A stretch of 64,000 nt of DNA from Verrucomicrobiales bacterium (GCA_041688355.1 JBDNIL010000161.1:2220-66219); one strand, 5' to 3'. Counted from the stretch's first letter, positions 54,936 to 64,000 are shown. Program-made: numbers and translations. Notes: a model not told the origin generated them from the sequence alone.

Positions 54936-56306
54936 ATGAGACTTCTCCTATTCCTCTCCCTCGCTCTCCTCCCTCTCTCCCTAACACTCGCCGCCGAGCC
55001 ACCGCTGGCCACTACCCAGTTCCCCGAACTCGCGGCGATGCCGGATCGCACGGCGGACTTTCGCAAACAGATCGCGGAGAACGGCGGCACTCTCCTCCTC
55101 GAGTCGGGCGTGCACCGCATCACCGGGACGCTCGAGTTCGCCCTCGCGGGAAAAGGCACGGCGGTGATCCGTCCCCTTGGTGGCCCGGTCACGCTCATCA
55201 TGGACGGGGCCGGGCCGGCCATTCGCATCGTCGGTTCACACGAGGGCACCGCTTCACCGGCCTCTTTCCAGCCGGCGACCTGGAACGAGCGCATGCCTAT
55301 CGTCGAGGGTATCGAGATTGTCGGGAATCACCCCGAAGCCGACGGAGTGGAACTGATCCGCACCTTTGAGGCGATCATCTCGAAAGTCGCGGTGCGCTGG
55401 TGCCGCCACGGCATCCACCTCGTCGAACGCAATCGCAATGTGACCATCTCGGACGTGAACCTCTACGAAAACAGCGGCATCGGTCTCTATCTCGACGACG
55501 TGAACCTCCACCAGATCAACGTGGGCAACTCGCATATCAGCTACAACCGCGGCGGCGGGGTCGTCGTGCGCGACGGCAATGTCCGCAATCTCCAGATCAC
55601 CGGCTGCGACATCGAGTCGAACATGCCCGGCGACGATACCCCCACGACGACGGCGAACATTCTCCTCGATCTCTCAGGCTCGGCCGGGGACAAGACCCGC
55701 TCCATCGCCGAAGTCGCGATCACCGGGTGCACGATCCAACACAGTTCGAACTACTCGGGCAAGGACTACGACGCCCTCGCACCCGGCGGGGCCAACATCC
55801 GCTTTCTCGGGAAAGAGATCGCCCCGATCGACTCGGTCACGATCTCGGGAAATGTCCTCAGTGACACCGAGCTCAACATCGACCTGCACACCTGCTTCGA
55901 CATCACCCTGACGGGGAACACCTTCTTCGCCCCCAATCCCGACAACCTCCACATCACCAACTGCCAGCGCGTCATTGTGAACGGCAACACCTTCAACCCC
56001 CGTGAATTCGAGCGTCCGGGGCGGATCGTTTTTGACGCCTGTCAGGATTGCATTCTCTCGAACAACACCTTCCGCGCCCTCATGGCCGGGGACGGTGCCG
56101 TCGTCGTGAAAAACTCCACCCGCATGAGCCTGACCGACAATATTCTCACCGAGTCCGCCGGCGGAGTCCGCATCGAGGGATCGAGCCACGTCATCGTGAA
56201 GGACTGGATCGTTTCCCTCACCGGCGCGCCCGCGGGAAAAGCCTGGATCTCCAGCGATACCGCCTCGAGCGGAATCGTCGAGACGGGGAATGTGGTGGCG
56301 GAGTGA
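54936..56306 (+). CDS. Secreted right-handed parallel beta-helix repeat protein
   Basis: Signal peptide MRLLLFLSLALLPLSLTLA. Repeated PbH1-like turns (NVTISDVNLYENSGIGLYLDD, VNVGNSHISYNRGGGVVV, ITGCDIESN, ITGCTIQHS, ISGNVLS, LTGNTFF, VNGNTFN). Confidence 0.8.
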   Translation: MRLLLFLSLALLPLSLTLAAEPPLATTQFPELAAMPDRTADFRKQIAENGGTLLLESGVHRITGTLEFALAGKGTAVIRPLGGPVTLIMDGAGPAIRIVGSHEGTASPASFQPATWNERMPIVEGIEIVGNHPEADGVELIRTFEAIISKVAVRWCRHGIHLVERNRNVTISDVNLYENSGIGLYLDDVNLHQINVGNSHISYNRGGGVVVRDGNVRNLQITGCDIESNMPGDDTPTTTANILLDLSGSAGDKTRSIAEVAITGCTIQHSSNYSGKDYDALAPGGANIRFLGKEIAPIDSVTISGNVLSDTELNIDLHTCFDITLTGNTFFAPNPDNLHITNCQRVIVNGNTFNPREFERPGRIVFDACQDCILSNNTFRALMAGDGAVVVKNSTRMSLTDNILTESAGGVRIEGSSHVIVKDWIVSLTGAPAGKAWISSDTASSGIVETGNVVAE

Positions 56307-56344
56307 TGAGCGGAGGCGCTTCGAAACGCTGAAGTGACGGCTTT

Positions 56345-56518
56345 AGAGGCTGTCGGAAAACTCGCGCGCATCTTTCAGCGCCCGGCAGTTTCGTCCTGTA
56401 GCTGGCCTCTGTGAGGCCGGAACGTCGTATCGTGGACGCACAACCGGCCTCACAGAGGCCAGCTACAGGAGATCCGGCTGAAATTCAGGGGTAACGAGTG
56501 AGTTTTACGACAGCCTCT
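56345..56518. repeat. 174-bp nested palindrome (MITE/REP-like)
   Basis: Perfect 27-bp arms at 56394-56420 and 56444-56470 enclose a 23-nt loop. They sit inside outer 19-bp arms at 56345-56363 and 56500-56518 (18/19 complementary). The element lies between convergent genes. Confidence 0.8.
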
Positions 56519-56601
56519 TTAGCCGTTCGCTAGTCTTCCCCTCCCGATTCTTCGCCCTCAAGGGCTGATGCCCTCACTCCAACCTGGAATAACTCCGTCC
56601 C

Positions 56602-57156
56602 TCAGTTCAACCCCTGCGGCGGGCCTTCGCTCACCGGACCGGCGTTCCCGTCTCGCGGGAGAAAGGCGAGGCTCAGCCGCCAATCGGCCTTCGTCGTTGT
56701 ATCGATGATGAGCTGGCAGAGCGAGTGCAGGATCTGCTCGTTCAGCACCATCTCGATCCCCTGCCCTTTTTCCGGATGCATGCAGAGCATCGCGGCCCCG
56801 TCGGGCGCCGGTTTGATCCCGACGCTGAAGAGGAGAGCGGGCGTCTCACCGAGGGGGAGGTAGGTGCTCTCCTGATACTGCGTTTTGAAATCGGCCTGGG
56901 AGACGAACTCCTGATGTTTGATCTCCTTTTTCGCCGCCTCCACGAGCGGATCGACGAGGACGGGCGCGGGCATCTCGGGCAGTGGCACGGCGGGATCCTG
57001 CTTTGCGAGGAGCTGATTGAGCGAATGCCAGAGGATCGTGACATAACGCCGCGTCATCCAGAAGCGGAACTCTTGTCGCGCCTTCGTATTGAGGCGGAAG
57101 AGAAGCCTATCCTCCGTCGAGACGTAGGAAAGCTGCATCTGGTGCATTTGACTCAT
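56602..57156 (-). CDS. Hypothetical protein
   Basis: 184-aa ORF with coding-like composition (MSQMHQMQLSYVSTEDRLLFRLNTKARQEFRFWMTRRY...). No family recognised. Confidence 0.55.
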   Translation of the reverse strand: MSQMHQMQLSYVSTEDRLLFRLNTKARQEFRFWMTRRYVTILWHSLNQLLAKQDPAVPLPEMPAPVLVDPLVEAAKKEIKHQEFVSQADFKTQYQESTYLPLGETPALLFSVGIKPAPDGAAMLCMHPEKGQGIEMVLNEQILHSLCQLIIDTTTKADWRLSLAFLPRDGNAGPVSEGPPQGLN

Positions 57157-57186
57157 GCCGCCAAATTCGTCCTTCCTGTGACGACG

Positions 57187-58071
57187 TCAAGCCTGCTCAT
57201 ACAGCTTGAAGAGCCCCGAATGATCGAGGTCCCCGTGCCCGAGACCGTGGACAAAATGCTCCCAGAGCGCCCGCGAGTTTTCCAGGGTCGAGGACTGCAA
57301 GCCAACCCGCTCGGCCAGCTCGCTCATCAGCCGCACGTCCTTGAGCTGCAGCTCGCTGCGCCCGCCCGGGGCGAAGTCGCGCCGCACCATGCGGTCGCCG
57401 TGGAGTTCGAGGATGCGGCTCTCGGCAAATCCACCCCGCAACGCCTCACGCACGAGCCCCGCATCGACGCCCGCGAGCTCGGCCATGCGCAGGGCCTGCG
57501 CGACCGCGTCGATGGTCTGGGCGACGATGAGCTGATTGGCCAGCTTCGTCACCTGCCCGGCACCCTGCCCTCCCATGTGCGTGATCTTGCCGCCGACAAC
57601 CTGCAGGACCGGGAGCACTTTTTGAAAGACCACCTCCTCCCCGCCGGCCATGATCGTGAGGTTTCCCGCTTTTGCCCCGACCTCGCCGCCCGAGACCGGG
57701 GCATCGATCCAGCTAGCCCCGTGCGTCGCGACGAGGGCGGCAAACGCGAGCGTCTCGTCGTAGCCGGTCGTGCCGAAGTCGATCACCGTCGCCCCCGCCG
57801 CGAGTCCCGGGACGAGGCGATCGACGATGTCCGCGACGACCGTCGTGTGCGTGAGATTCAGGCAAATGATCCCGTCGCCGGCAGCCTCCGCCACCGCTGC
57901 AGGGTCCGCCGCGACCGCTATGCCCCGCTCTGCGGCGCGCCGGGTCGGAGGCTCGCTGCGATTCCACACCGTCAGGTCCGCGCCCGCCTCGTGCAGATGC
58001 CCCGCCATGGGCCAGCCCATGTTGCCGAGTCCGATGAATCCGATCTTGTAAGCCTCGAGAGTTTCGCTCAT
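57187..58071 (-). CDS. 3-hydroxyisobutyrate dehydrogenase-family NAD(P) oxidoreductase (tartronate semialdehyde reductase / L-threonate dehydrogenase-like)
   Basis: IGFIGLGNMGWPMAGHL Rossmann motif. Family blocks DAPVSGG and GQVTKLANQ. 294 aa. Confidence 0.85.
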   Translation of the reverse strand: MSETLEAYKIGFIGLGNMGWPMAGHLHEAGADLTVWNRSEPPTRRAAERGIAVAADPAAVAEAAGDGIICLNLTHTTVVADIVDRLVPGLAAGATVIDFGTTGYDETLAFAALVATHGASWIDAPVSGGEVGAKAGNLTIMAGGEEVVFQKVLPVLQVVGGKITHMGGQGAGQVTKLANQLIVAQTIDAVAQALRMAELAGVDAGLVREALRGGFAESRILELHGDRMVRRDFAPGGRSELQLKDVRLMSELAERVGLQSSTLENSRALWEHFVHGLGHGDLDHSGLFKLYEQA

Positions 58072-58113
58072 GTTCGCACGCTAACCCTTTTCAAATCAGG
58101 AACAAGAACACGA

Positions 58114-59121
58114 ATGAAAGTTGTCATCACCGGCGGAGGCGGATTTCTCGGCAGCCAGCTCGCCCTCAAACTGATCGAGCGCCGCTCCCTCATCGGTCCC
58201 TCGGGCGAACCCGAGCCCATCGAGGCGATCACGCTCTTTGACGCCCATTTTTCCCCGCAGATCGAAGCAATGGGAACCAAAGAGGGTGCCGCCATCGACC
58301 TGACCCTCTTGAGCGGTGACATGGGCGACCGTGATGCTGTCTTCAGCGCGATCGATCAGGATGATATCGCCGTTTTTCACCTCGCCTCCATGGTCAGCGG
58401 CGAGTGCGAGCAGCGCTTCGACGACGCCATGCAGGCCAATCTCGACGGCGGACGTTACCTCCTCGAGGCGCTGCGCCAGCGCGCGGGTCGGCCCCGCCTC
58501 GTCTTCGCGAGCAGCGTCGCGGCCTTCGGCGGAGATGTCATGCCCGACTGCGTGAGCGACTCGACGAAACGCACCCCGCAGACGACCTACGGCATGACGA
58601 AGGTCATCGGCGAACTCATGATCAATGACTACTCGCGCAAAGGCTTCCTCGACGGCCGCTCGGCGCGTCTCCCCACGATCATCATCCGGCCCGGCAAACC
58701 GAACGCGGCCGCCTCGAGCTGGGCCAGCGGCATGTTCCGCGAGCCGCTCAACGGCGAGACCTGCTACCTGCCCGTGCACCGCGACCAGCTCCACCCCGTC
58801 CTCGGCTACCGCGATGTCATCGACTCTTTCATCGCCCTGCACGAGGCCGATCCGGCTCTGATCGCAGACGACCGTGCCTTCGGATTACCCAGCCACCGCA
58901 TCAGTGTCGCCGAGGCGCTCACCGTGATGGAGCAGGTCGCGGCCGAGTTCGGGATATTGCCGGGGCTGGTCATTGACGAACCCAATCCCGTCGTTCAGGC
59001 CATCGTCGATAGCTGGCCCACCGCGACCGACGGCACCCGCGCGATCAAGCTCGGCGTGCCCGTGCCCAAGCCGCTCAAGGACGTCGTGCGCGATTTTGTG
59101 AGGGATTTTGTGGTGACGTGA
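58114..59121 (+). CDS. NAD-dependent epimerase/dehydratase (SDR-extended) family protein, D-erythronate dehydrogenase-like
   Basis: MKVVITGGGGFLGSQLA glycine-rich motif and YGMTK (YxxxK). The 463 codons upstream in track ORF 56725..59121 are antisense to two real genes and are rejected. Confidence 0.8.
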   Translation: MKVVITGGGGFLGSQLALKLIERRSLIGPSGEPEPIEAITLFDAHFSPQIEAMGTKEGAAIDLTLLSGDMGDRDAVFSAIDQDDIAVFHLASMVSGECEQRFDDAMQANLDGGRYLLEALRQRAGRPRLVFASSVAAFGGDVMPDCVSDSTKRTPQTTYGMTKVIGELMINDYSRKGFLDGRSARLPTIIIRPGKPNAAASSWASGMFREPLNGETCYLPVHRDQLHPVLGYRDVIDSFIALHEADPALIADDRAFGLPSHRISVAEALTVMEQVAAEFGILPGLVIDEPNPVVQAIVDSWPTATDGTRAIKLGVPVPKPLKDVVRDFVRDFVVT

Positions 59122-59359
59122 GGGATCAGTAAAAGTCACCGAAGACCGGCGGAGTTTTCCGCATGATCGTGCGGAGACTATGCCCTTCGCAGCGGAGTTC
59201 GGCATCGAGACGGTCATTGTCCGCCTCCGTCGATTGGAGAAGACGCTCGACCCGGGGGCGGTAGCGTGAAAGAAACCACCAAATTTTCCGCATTACCGCA
59301 GACCATCCTTCGTCGAGAAGGGAGAGCGGGATTCACCCGCGCCCCGAACACCACTCAAC

Positions 59360-59680
59360 TTGCTCATGAAAAACTTGCTCAACAATTCCGCCCGCCGCAG
59401 CCTCCTCATCCTTGTGTCCCTCTCCGCCTTTGCCTTCGCGTTCGCCCCTCTCGACTCCGATGCCTTTGACGACGGATTGGTGAAAAGGGTGAAAGTCAAA
59501 GACAACAAGGTGAAGGTCAAGACCATCGACGGCAAAGCGAAGATCAAAAACAAAGCCAACGGCACCCAGAAGATCAAAGTGAAGGGACCGAACGGCGACA
59601 TCGCCGCCGACATCGCCCGCTTTCGATTGAGTAACGCCGATTGCGAAGAACTTGGTGGGCCCGAAGCGTTCTTCAAGTGA
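59360..59680 (+). CDS. Small secreted lysine-rich hypothetical protein
   Basis: Signal peptide MKNLLNNSARRSLLILVSLSAFAFAFAP, followed by the VKVKDNKVKVKTIDGKAKIKNKANGTQKIKVKG repeat-like stretch. Confidence 0.5.
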   Translation: MLMKNLLNNSARRSLLILVSLSAFAFAFAPLDSDAFDDGLVKRVKVKDNKVKVKTIDGKAKIKNKANGTQKIKVKGPNGDIAADIARFRLSNADCEELGGPEAFFK

Positions 59681-59781
59681 GAGGGGAAAGGGGCACAAGG
59701 GGAACTCGATACTCCGAACGGGAGGTGGACCGGATTCCCGTCGTGATTCCGATTTTCGACCGCCACAGCCGTAGCGGAACT

Positions 59782-59985
59782 CGTGAGAGTTTCGTCCCCC
59801 GTCGCCGGGCCACCTTCGCTGCGCTCTCGCTCGATCGCGCAGAGCGTTGCGGAGAACGTGAGAGTTTCGTCCCCGCTCGGCCCGTCGACCCGCAAGTTTC
59901 CAGGCGCTTCCAACGTAGAACGGGTCTCCCGGCCCGTTCCCCGTTTCACGACCGACGCCCAAACGGGCCTGGAGACCCGTTCTAC
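59782..59985. repeat. REP-like repeat cluster (18-bp direct repeat x2 plus 24-bp-arm hairpin)
   Basis: cgtgagagtttcgtcccc occurs at 59782-59799 and 59857-59874. Inverted arms 59915-59938 and 59962-59985 are 23/24 complementary and enclose a 23-nt loop. Confidence 0.75.
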
Positions 59986-60135
59986 CTCTCCCCGGCCCCG
60001 CAATTTTCCCGCAGGGGCAGCCACGCGCCGCGAACGCGTAATTGTCCGGCTTTTCCAGAAAGCCTAGACTGTCGGGCTAAGTAGAATCCGGCGTAGGTCT
60101 CTCCTCTCGCCTGAACCCTCCCCTGTCCTTTGCCC

Positions 60136-63100
60136 ATGCGAACTGCCATTCGTCTTTTCCCGCTTCTCGCACTCCCCTTCGCCGCGACGCTATCCGTGAC
60201 CGCAGCGGAGCGCAAAGGCGACGCCATGCCCGAGAAGGTGAGCTACTACGAGCACATCCGTCCGATGTTCCAGGCGAAGTGCCAGGGCTGCCACCAGCCG
60301 GCCAAGTCGAAGTCTGACTACACCATGACCGAGGTCGCCGGTCTCATCGCCGGCGGCGAAAACGGCGCGGCGATCGTCCCCGGCAAGCCGACCGAAAGCT
60401 ATCTGCTCGAACTCGTCGTCACCAAAGCAGGCGAAAAACGCCCCGAGATGCCGCCGAAGGACGAGCCACTCACGGACTACGAAGTCTCTCTCGTGAAAAA
60501 ATGGGTCGAGCAGGGCGCCACTGACGACACCCCGGAAAACGCGAAGCAGCGCTACACGCAGGCAAACCCGCCCCGATACTCCGTTCTCTCGAATCTCACC
60601 TCGCTCGATTACTCGCCCGACGGCACGCTCATCGCGATGGCCGGTTTCCACGAAGTGCTCATCCACAAGGCCGACGGGTCCGGACTGGTGCAGCGCCTCG
60701 TGGGTCTCTCCGAGCGTATCGAATCGGCCCGCTTTTCCCCCGATGGCAAGCGCCTCGCCATCGCCGGCGGTCTCCCCGGTCGCATGGGCGAGATCCAAGT
60801 CTGGGATCTGGTGAAAAAGGAACTCATCCTTTCCAAGATCGTCGGTTTCGATACCGCCTATGGCGCGAGGTGGTCGCCCGACGGCACCCGCATCGCCTTC
60901 GGCCTGCCCGACAACACGGTGCGCGCGATCAAGGCGGAAAACGGCGAGCAAGTCCTCTTCATGGGCAGCCACAACGACTGGGTCCTCGACACCGATTGGT
61001 CCGTCACCGGCGATCATCTCGTCTCCCTCGGCCGCGACATGTCGGCCAAGCTGACCGAGACCAAGACCGAGCGATTCATCGACAACATCACCTCGATCAC
61101 CCCCGGTGCCCTCGCCGGTGGACTCAGTGCGATCGAGCGCCACCCGAAGCAGGATCATTTCCTCGTCGGCGGTTCCGACGGCGTGCCGCAGATCTACCGC
61201 ATGAAGCGTGAGACCGTCCGCAAGATCGGGGACAACGCGAACCTCATCCGCAAGTATCCCGCGATGAAAGGCCGTATCTGGGATGTCGCTTTCGCGCCCG
61301 ACGGGAAAACCTTTGCCGCCGTCTCCAGTCTCAACGGCGAGGGACAAGTCCACCTTTTCCGCTCCGAGTATGATGCCACGATCACGCCCGAGCTGAAGGC
61401 CCTTTTTGAAACCGTGCGCCGCAGTCCCGAGGAGGAAAAGACCGACGCGAAAATCGAGGAATTCCAGACCCGCGGGGCCGAGCTCATCAAGGGCATCGAT
61501 CTGAAAACGGCGATGTATTCCGTGGCCTTTTCACCCGACGGAAAGACGATCGCCACCGGCGGAGCCGACGGTCTCGTGCGCCTGCTCGACGCGACGACCC
61601 TCGCCGAGAAAAAGACCTTTGCCCCCGTCGCCCTCGACGCGTCCCTCACCGAGGTGAAACCCGATCCGGCACTCATTGACCGGAAGAAGGCCAAACACCA
61701 GGAGGGCACCGCCCTGCTTCCCGAGGGCCGCACCGTGACCGCCCTCGCCATCTCCCCCGCCGACGTCACCCTCGACTCGCCCGAGCTCTACCGCCAGATG
61801 CTCGTCACCGGCACGCTCGACGACGGCACCAGCGCCGACCTCACCGGCCTTGTGAAATGGAGTTTCAGCGCTCCCGTCGCGACGATCACCGAGCGCGGGA
61901 TCCTGCGTCCGGCGGCAGCGGGCGAGGCCGTTCTCACCGCCGCGATGGGCGACAAGACGACGACCGTCCCGGTGAAGTTCGCCCCCAGCGGCGCCGAGGT
62001 GAAACTCGACTTCGTGCAGGATGTGAATCCCGTCATCACCCGCCTCGGCTGCAACATGGGCACCTGCCACGGGGCGAAGGACGGCAAAGGCGGCTTCAAG
62101 CTCAGCCTGCGCGGCTACGATCCGATTTATGACGTGCGCGGCTTCAGCGACGACCACACCGCGCGCCGTATCAACTCGGCCTCGCCCGACGATTCGCTGA
62201 TGCTCCTGAAAGCGACCGGAGCGGTCCCCCACGAGGCCGGCATGGTGACCGATCACGACTCGCGCTACTACCACATCATCCGCCAGTGGATCGCCGGCGG
62301 CGCCAAGCTCGATCTCACAAAATCCCGCGTCGCCTCCATCGAACTTTTCCCGAAAAATCCCGTCGTGCAGAATGTCGGCGGTCGCCAGCAGTTCCGCGTC
62401 ATGGCGCGCTACACCGACGGGAAAACGCGCGACGTCACCCTCGAGTCTTTCATCGATTCCGGCAACGCCGACGTCGCCGGCCACGATGATTTCGGGCTCA
62501 TTAGCACCGCCCGCCGCGGCGAGGCTCCCATCCTCGCCCGCTACGAAGGCGCCTACGCCGCGACTACCCTCACCGTCATGGGCGATCGGGAGGGCTTCAC
62601 CTGGAAAGAACCCGAGACCTGGGGCGAGATCGACAAGCTCGTCTCCGCCAAATGGAATCGCATGAAGATCGCCCCGAGTGAACTCTGCACCGACGAAGAG
62701 TTTGTCCGCCGCGTCCACCTCGACCTCGCCGGCCTGCCGCCGACTGCCGGGAAAGTGAAAGCCTTCGTCGCTGACAAACGCCCCGCCCGGGAGAAGCGCG
62801 ATGCCCTCGTCGACGAGCTGCTGAAGTCCTCCGAATACACCGACCACTGGACGAACAAGTGGAGCGACATGCTGCAGGTAAACTCCAAGTTCCTCGGTAG
62901 CGACGGGGCGCGCCTCTTCCGCGACTGGATCCGCAATGAGATTGCCTCGAACACGCCTTACGACAAGTTCGCCTACAAGATCCTCACCGCGACCGGTTCG
63001 AACAAAGAGAACCCAGCCGCCTCCTACTACAAGATCCTGCGCGAGCCCGCCGAGATCATGGAAAACACGACGCACCTCTTCCTCGCGACGCGTTTCAACT

Positions 63101-64000
63101 GCAACAAATGCCACGATCACCCCTTCGAGAAGTGGACGCAGGATCAATACTACGAGACGGCCGCCTTCTTTTCCCAGACGACTCTCGCGCGTGATGGCAA
63201 AAACGCCCCGACCCAGAACATCGGCGGTTCCGCCGTCGAGGGCGCCAAACCCCTCTACGAACTCGTCGCCGACAAGGCCGAAGGCGAGTTGAAACACGAT
63301 CGCACCGGCGCCCTCCAGCCGCCCGCCTTCCCCTACGAGACACCGCTCGCGAAAGTGGCCTTTACCACAGCGGAAAAGCCGACCCGCCGCGAGCAGATCG
63401 GGGCCTGGATCACCAGTCCCGAGAATCCCTACTTCGCCGCGAGCTACGCGAACCGCGTCTGGGGTTATCTGCTCGGCACCGGCATCATCGAGCCGCTCGA
63501 CGACATCCGCGCGGGCAATCCCCCGAGCAATCCGCAGCTCCTCGATCACCTCGCCGCCAGCTTTGTGAAATCGGGCTTCGACATCCGCGCCCTCACCGCC
63601 GAGATCTGCAAGTCGCGCACCTATCAGCTCTCGATCCAGCCCAATGAATGGAACGAGACCGACGACATCAATTTCTCCCACGCCGAGGCGCGTCGTCTCC
63701 CCGCCGAAGTGCTCTACGACGCCGTCTACTTCGTGACCGGTGCCATCCCCGACATCCCGGGCGCCGGCAAAGGGGTGCGGGCGAGCCAGCTCCCGGATGC
63801 CAAACTCGATCTCAAGAGCGGCTTCCTCGCCAACCTCGGACGCCCCGCCCGCGAGAGCGCCTGCGAGTGCGAGCGATCCGACGAGCTCCAGATGAGCGCG
63901 GTCATGGCGTTTTTGTCAGGGCCCGCCATCGCCGACGCCCTCAGCGCCCCCGAGAGCGAGTTGACCAGCCTCGTCGCGGCCCAGCCCGACGACCGCAAGC
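60136..64000 (+). CDS. PSCyt1 - WD40 - Ig-like - DUF1549 (PSCyt2) - DUF1553 (PSD1) giant protein (partial; continues past the window end)
   Basis: Absent from the ORF track because there is no stop in the window. Hand translation from ATG 60136: MRTAIRLFPLLALPFAATLSVTA (signal), FQAKCQGCHQP, WD40-like units (FSPDGKRLAIAGG, WSPDGTRIAF, FAPDGKTFAAVS, FSPDGKTIATGGADG), NPVITRLGCNMGTCHG, FVRRVHLDLAGLPPT...WTNKWSDMLQV (DUF1549), FNCNKCHDHPFEKWTQDQYY...NRVWGYLLGTGIIEPLDDIR (DUF1553). Confidence 0.9.
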   Translation, partial: MRTAIRLFPLLALPFAATLSVTAAERKGDAMPEKVSYYEHIRPMFQAKCQGCHQPAKSKSDYTMTEVAGLIAGGENGAAIVPGKPTESYLLELVVTKAGEKRPEMPPKDEPLTDYEVSLVKKWVEQGATDDTPENAKQRYTQANPPRYSVLSNLTSLDYSPDGTLIAMAGFHEVLIHKADGSGLVQRLVGLSERIESARFSPDGKRLAIAGGLPGRMGEIQVWDLVKKELILSKIVGFDTAYGARWSPDGTRIAFGLPDNTVRAIKAENGEQVLFMGSHNDWVLDTDWSVTGDHLVSLGRDMSAKLTETKTERFIDNITSITPGALAGGLSAIERHPKQDHFLVGGSDGVPQIYRMKRETVRKIGDNANLIRKYPAMKGRIWDVAFAPDGKTFAAVSSLNGEGQVHLFRSEYDATITPELKALFETVRRSPEEEKTDAKIEEFQTRGAELIKGIDLKTAMYSVAFSPDGKTIATGGADGLVRLLDATTLAEKKTFAPVALDASLTEVKPDPALIDRKKAKHQEGTALLPEGRTVTALAISPADVTLDSPELYRQMLVTGTLDDGTSADLTGLVKWSFSAPVATITERGILRPAAAGEAVLTAAMGDKTTTVPVKFAPSGAEVKLDFVQDVNPVITRLGCNMGTCHGAKDGKGGFKLSLRGYDPIYDVRGFSDDHTARRINSASPDDSLMLLKATGAVPHEAGMVTDHDSRYYHIIRQWIAGGAKLDLTKSRVASIELFPKNPVVQNVGGRQQFRVMARYTDGKTRDVTLESFIDSGNADVAGHDDFGLISTARRGEAPILARYEGAYAATTLTVMGDREGFTWKEPETWGEIDKLVSAKWNRMKIAPSELCTDEEFVRRVHLDLAGLPPTAGKVKAFVADKRPAREKRDALVDELLKSSEYTDHWTNKWSDMLQVNSKFLGSDGARLFRDWIRNEIASNTPYDKFAYKILTATGSNKENPAASYYKILREPAEIMENTTHLFLATRFNCNKCHDHPFEKWTQDQYYETAAFFSQTTLARDGKNAPTQNIGGSAVEGAKPLYELVADKAEGELKHDRTGALQPPAFPYETPLAKVAFTTAEKPTRREQIGAWITSPENPYFAASYANRVWGYLLGTGIIEPLDDIRAGNPPSNPQLLDHLAASFVKSGFDIRALTAEICKSRTYQLSIQPNEWNETDDINFSHAEARRLPAEVLYDAVYFVTGAIPDIPGAGKGVRASQLPDAKLDLKSGFLANLGRPARESACECERSDELQMSAVMAFLSGPAIADALSAPESELTSLVAAQPDDRK

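Noticed and set aside
56725-58113. First 463 codons of the 798-aa track ORF.
   Set aside because: They are antisense to the 184-aa hypothetical gene and the HIBADH-family gene. The SDR protein starts with MKVVITGGGGFLG at 58114.
59782-59874. Direct repeats checked as a possible CRISPR array.
   Set aside because: Only two 18-bp copies are present and the flanks are also related (REP-like units). There are no regularly spaced unique spacers and no cas genes in the window.
60190-63681. Minus-strand ORFs of 387 aa (60190..61353) and 716 aa (61531..63681).
   Set aside because: They are antisense shadows of the plus-strand PSCyt1/WD40/DUF1549/DUF1553 gene. Their translations are low-complexity G/A/R/D/E/V-rich with no motifs, whereas the plus frame gives clear family signatures.

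Overview
This is a GC-rich (about 60-65% judged by eye, not computed), densely coding chromosomal segment. It most likely comes from a PVC-superphylum bacterium, probably Verrucomicrobia. Three things support that: PSCyt1/DUF1549/DUF1553 and PVC-type heme-binding giant proteins, a Tat-signal DUF1552-like protein, and a TGTTC-N4-GAACA palindrome directly upstream of lexA.

Most genes are housekeeping:
- A cell-wall block with a class A PBP, a class B PBP, an S11 carboxypeptidase and uppP.
- lexA, type II glutamine synthetase (with a textbook sigma-54 promoter), a polyprenyl synthase, tatA, corA, an ABC-F ATPase and an M1 aminopeptidase.
- Two Ser/Thr kinases, one translationally coupled to an ECF sigma factor.

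Accessory or unusual content:
- An IS4/Tn5-like transposase without a proper start codon.
- A stand-alone HNH nuclease next to about 1 kb of structured non-coding DNA.
- Several long REP/MITE-like palindromes.
- The most interesting feature: a compact four-gene minus-strand operon (37184-42029) encoding two WXG100-like small proteins with W-x-D instead of W-x-G, a 156-aa coiled-coil protein, and a 1293-aa membrane FtsK/SpoIIIE ATPase with three P-loop modules, of which only the middle one is intact. This is the minimal signature of a type VII (ESX/Ess)-like secretion module, here in an atypical host with no other known T7SS core genes nearby.

Two real genes that run off the window edges (2-1129 minus; 60136-64000 plus) are missing from the supplied ORF track. 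I translated them by hand. I found no rRNA, canonical tRNA or CRISPR array.
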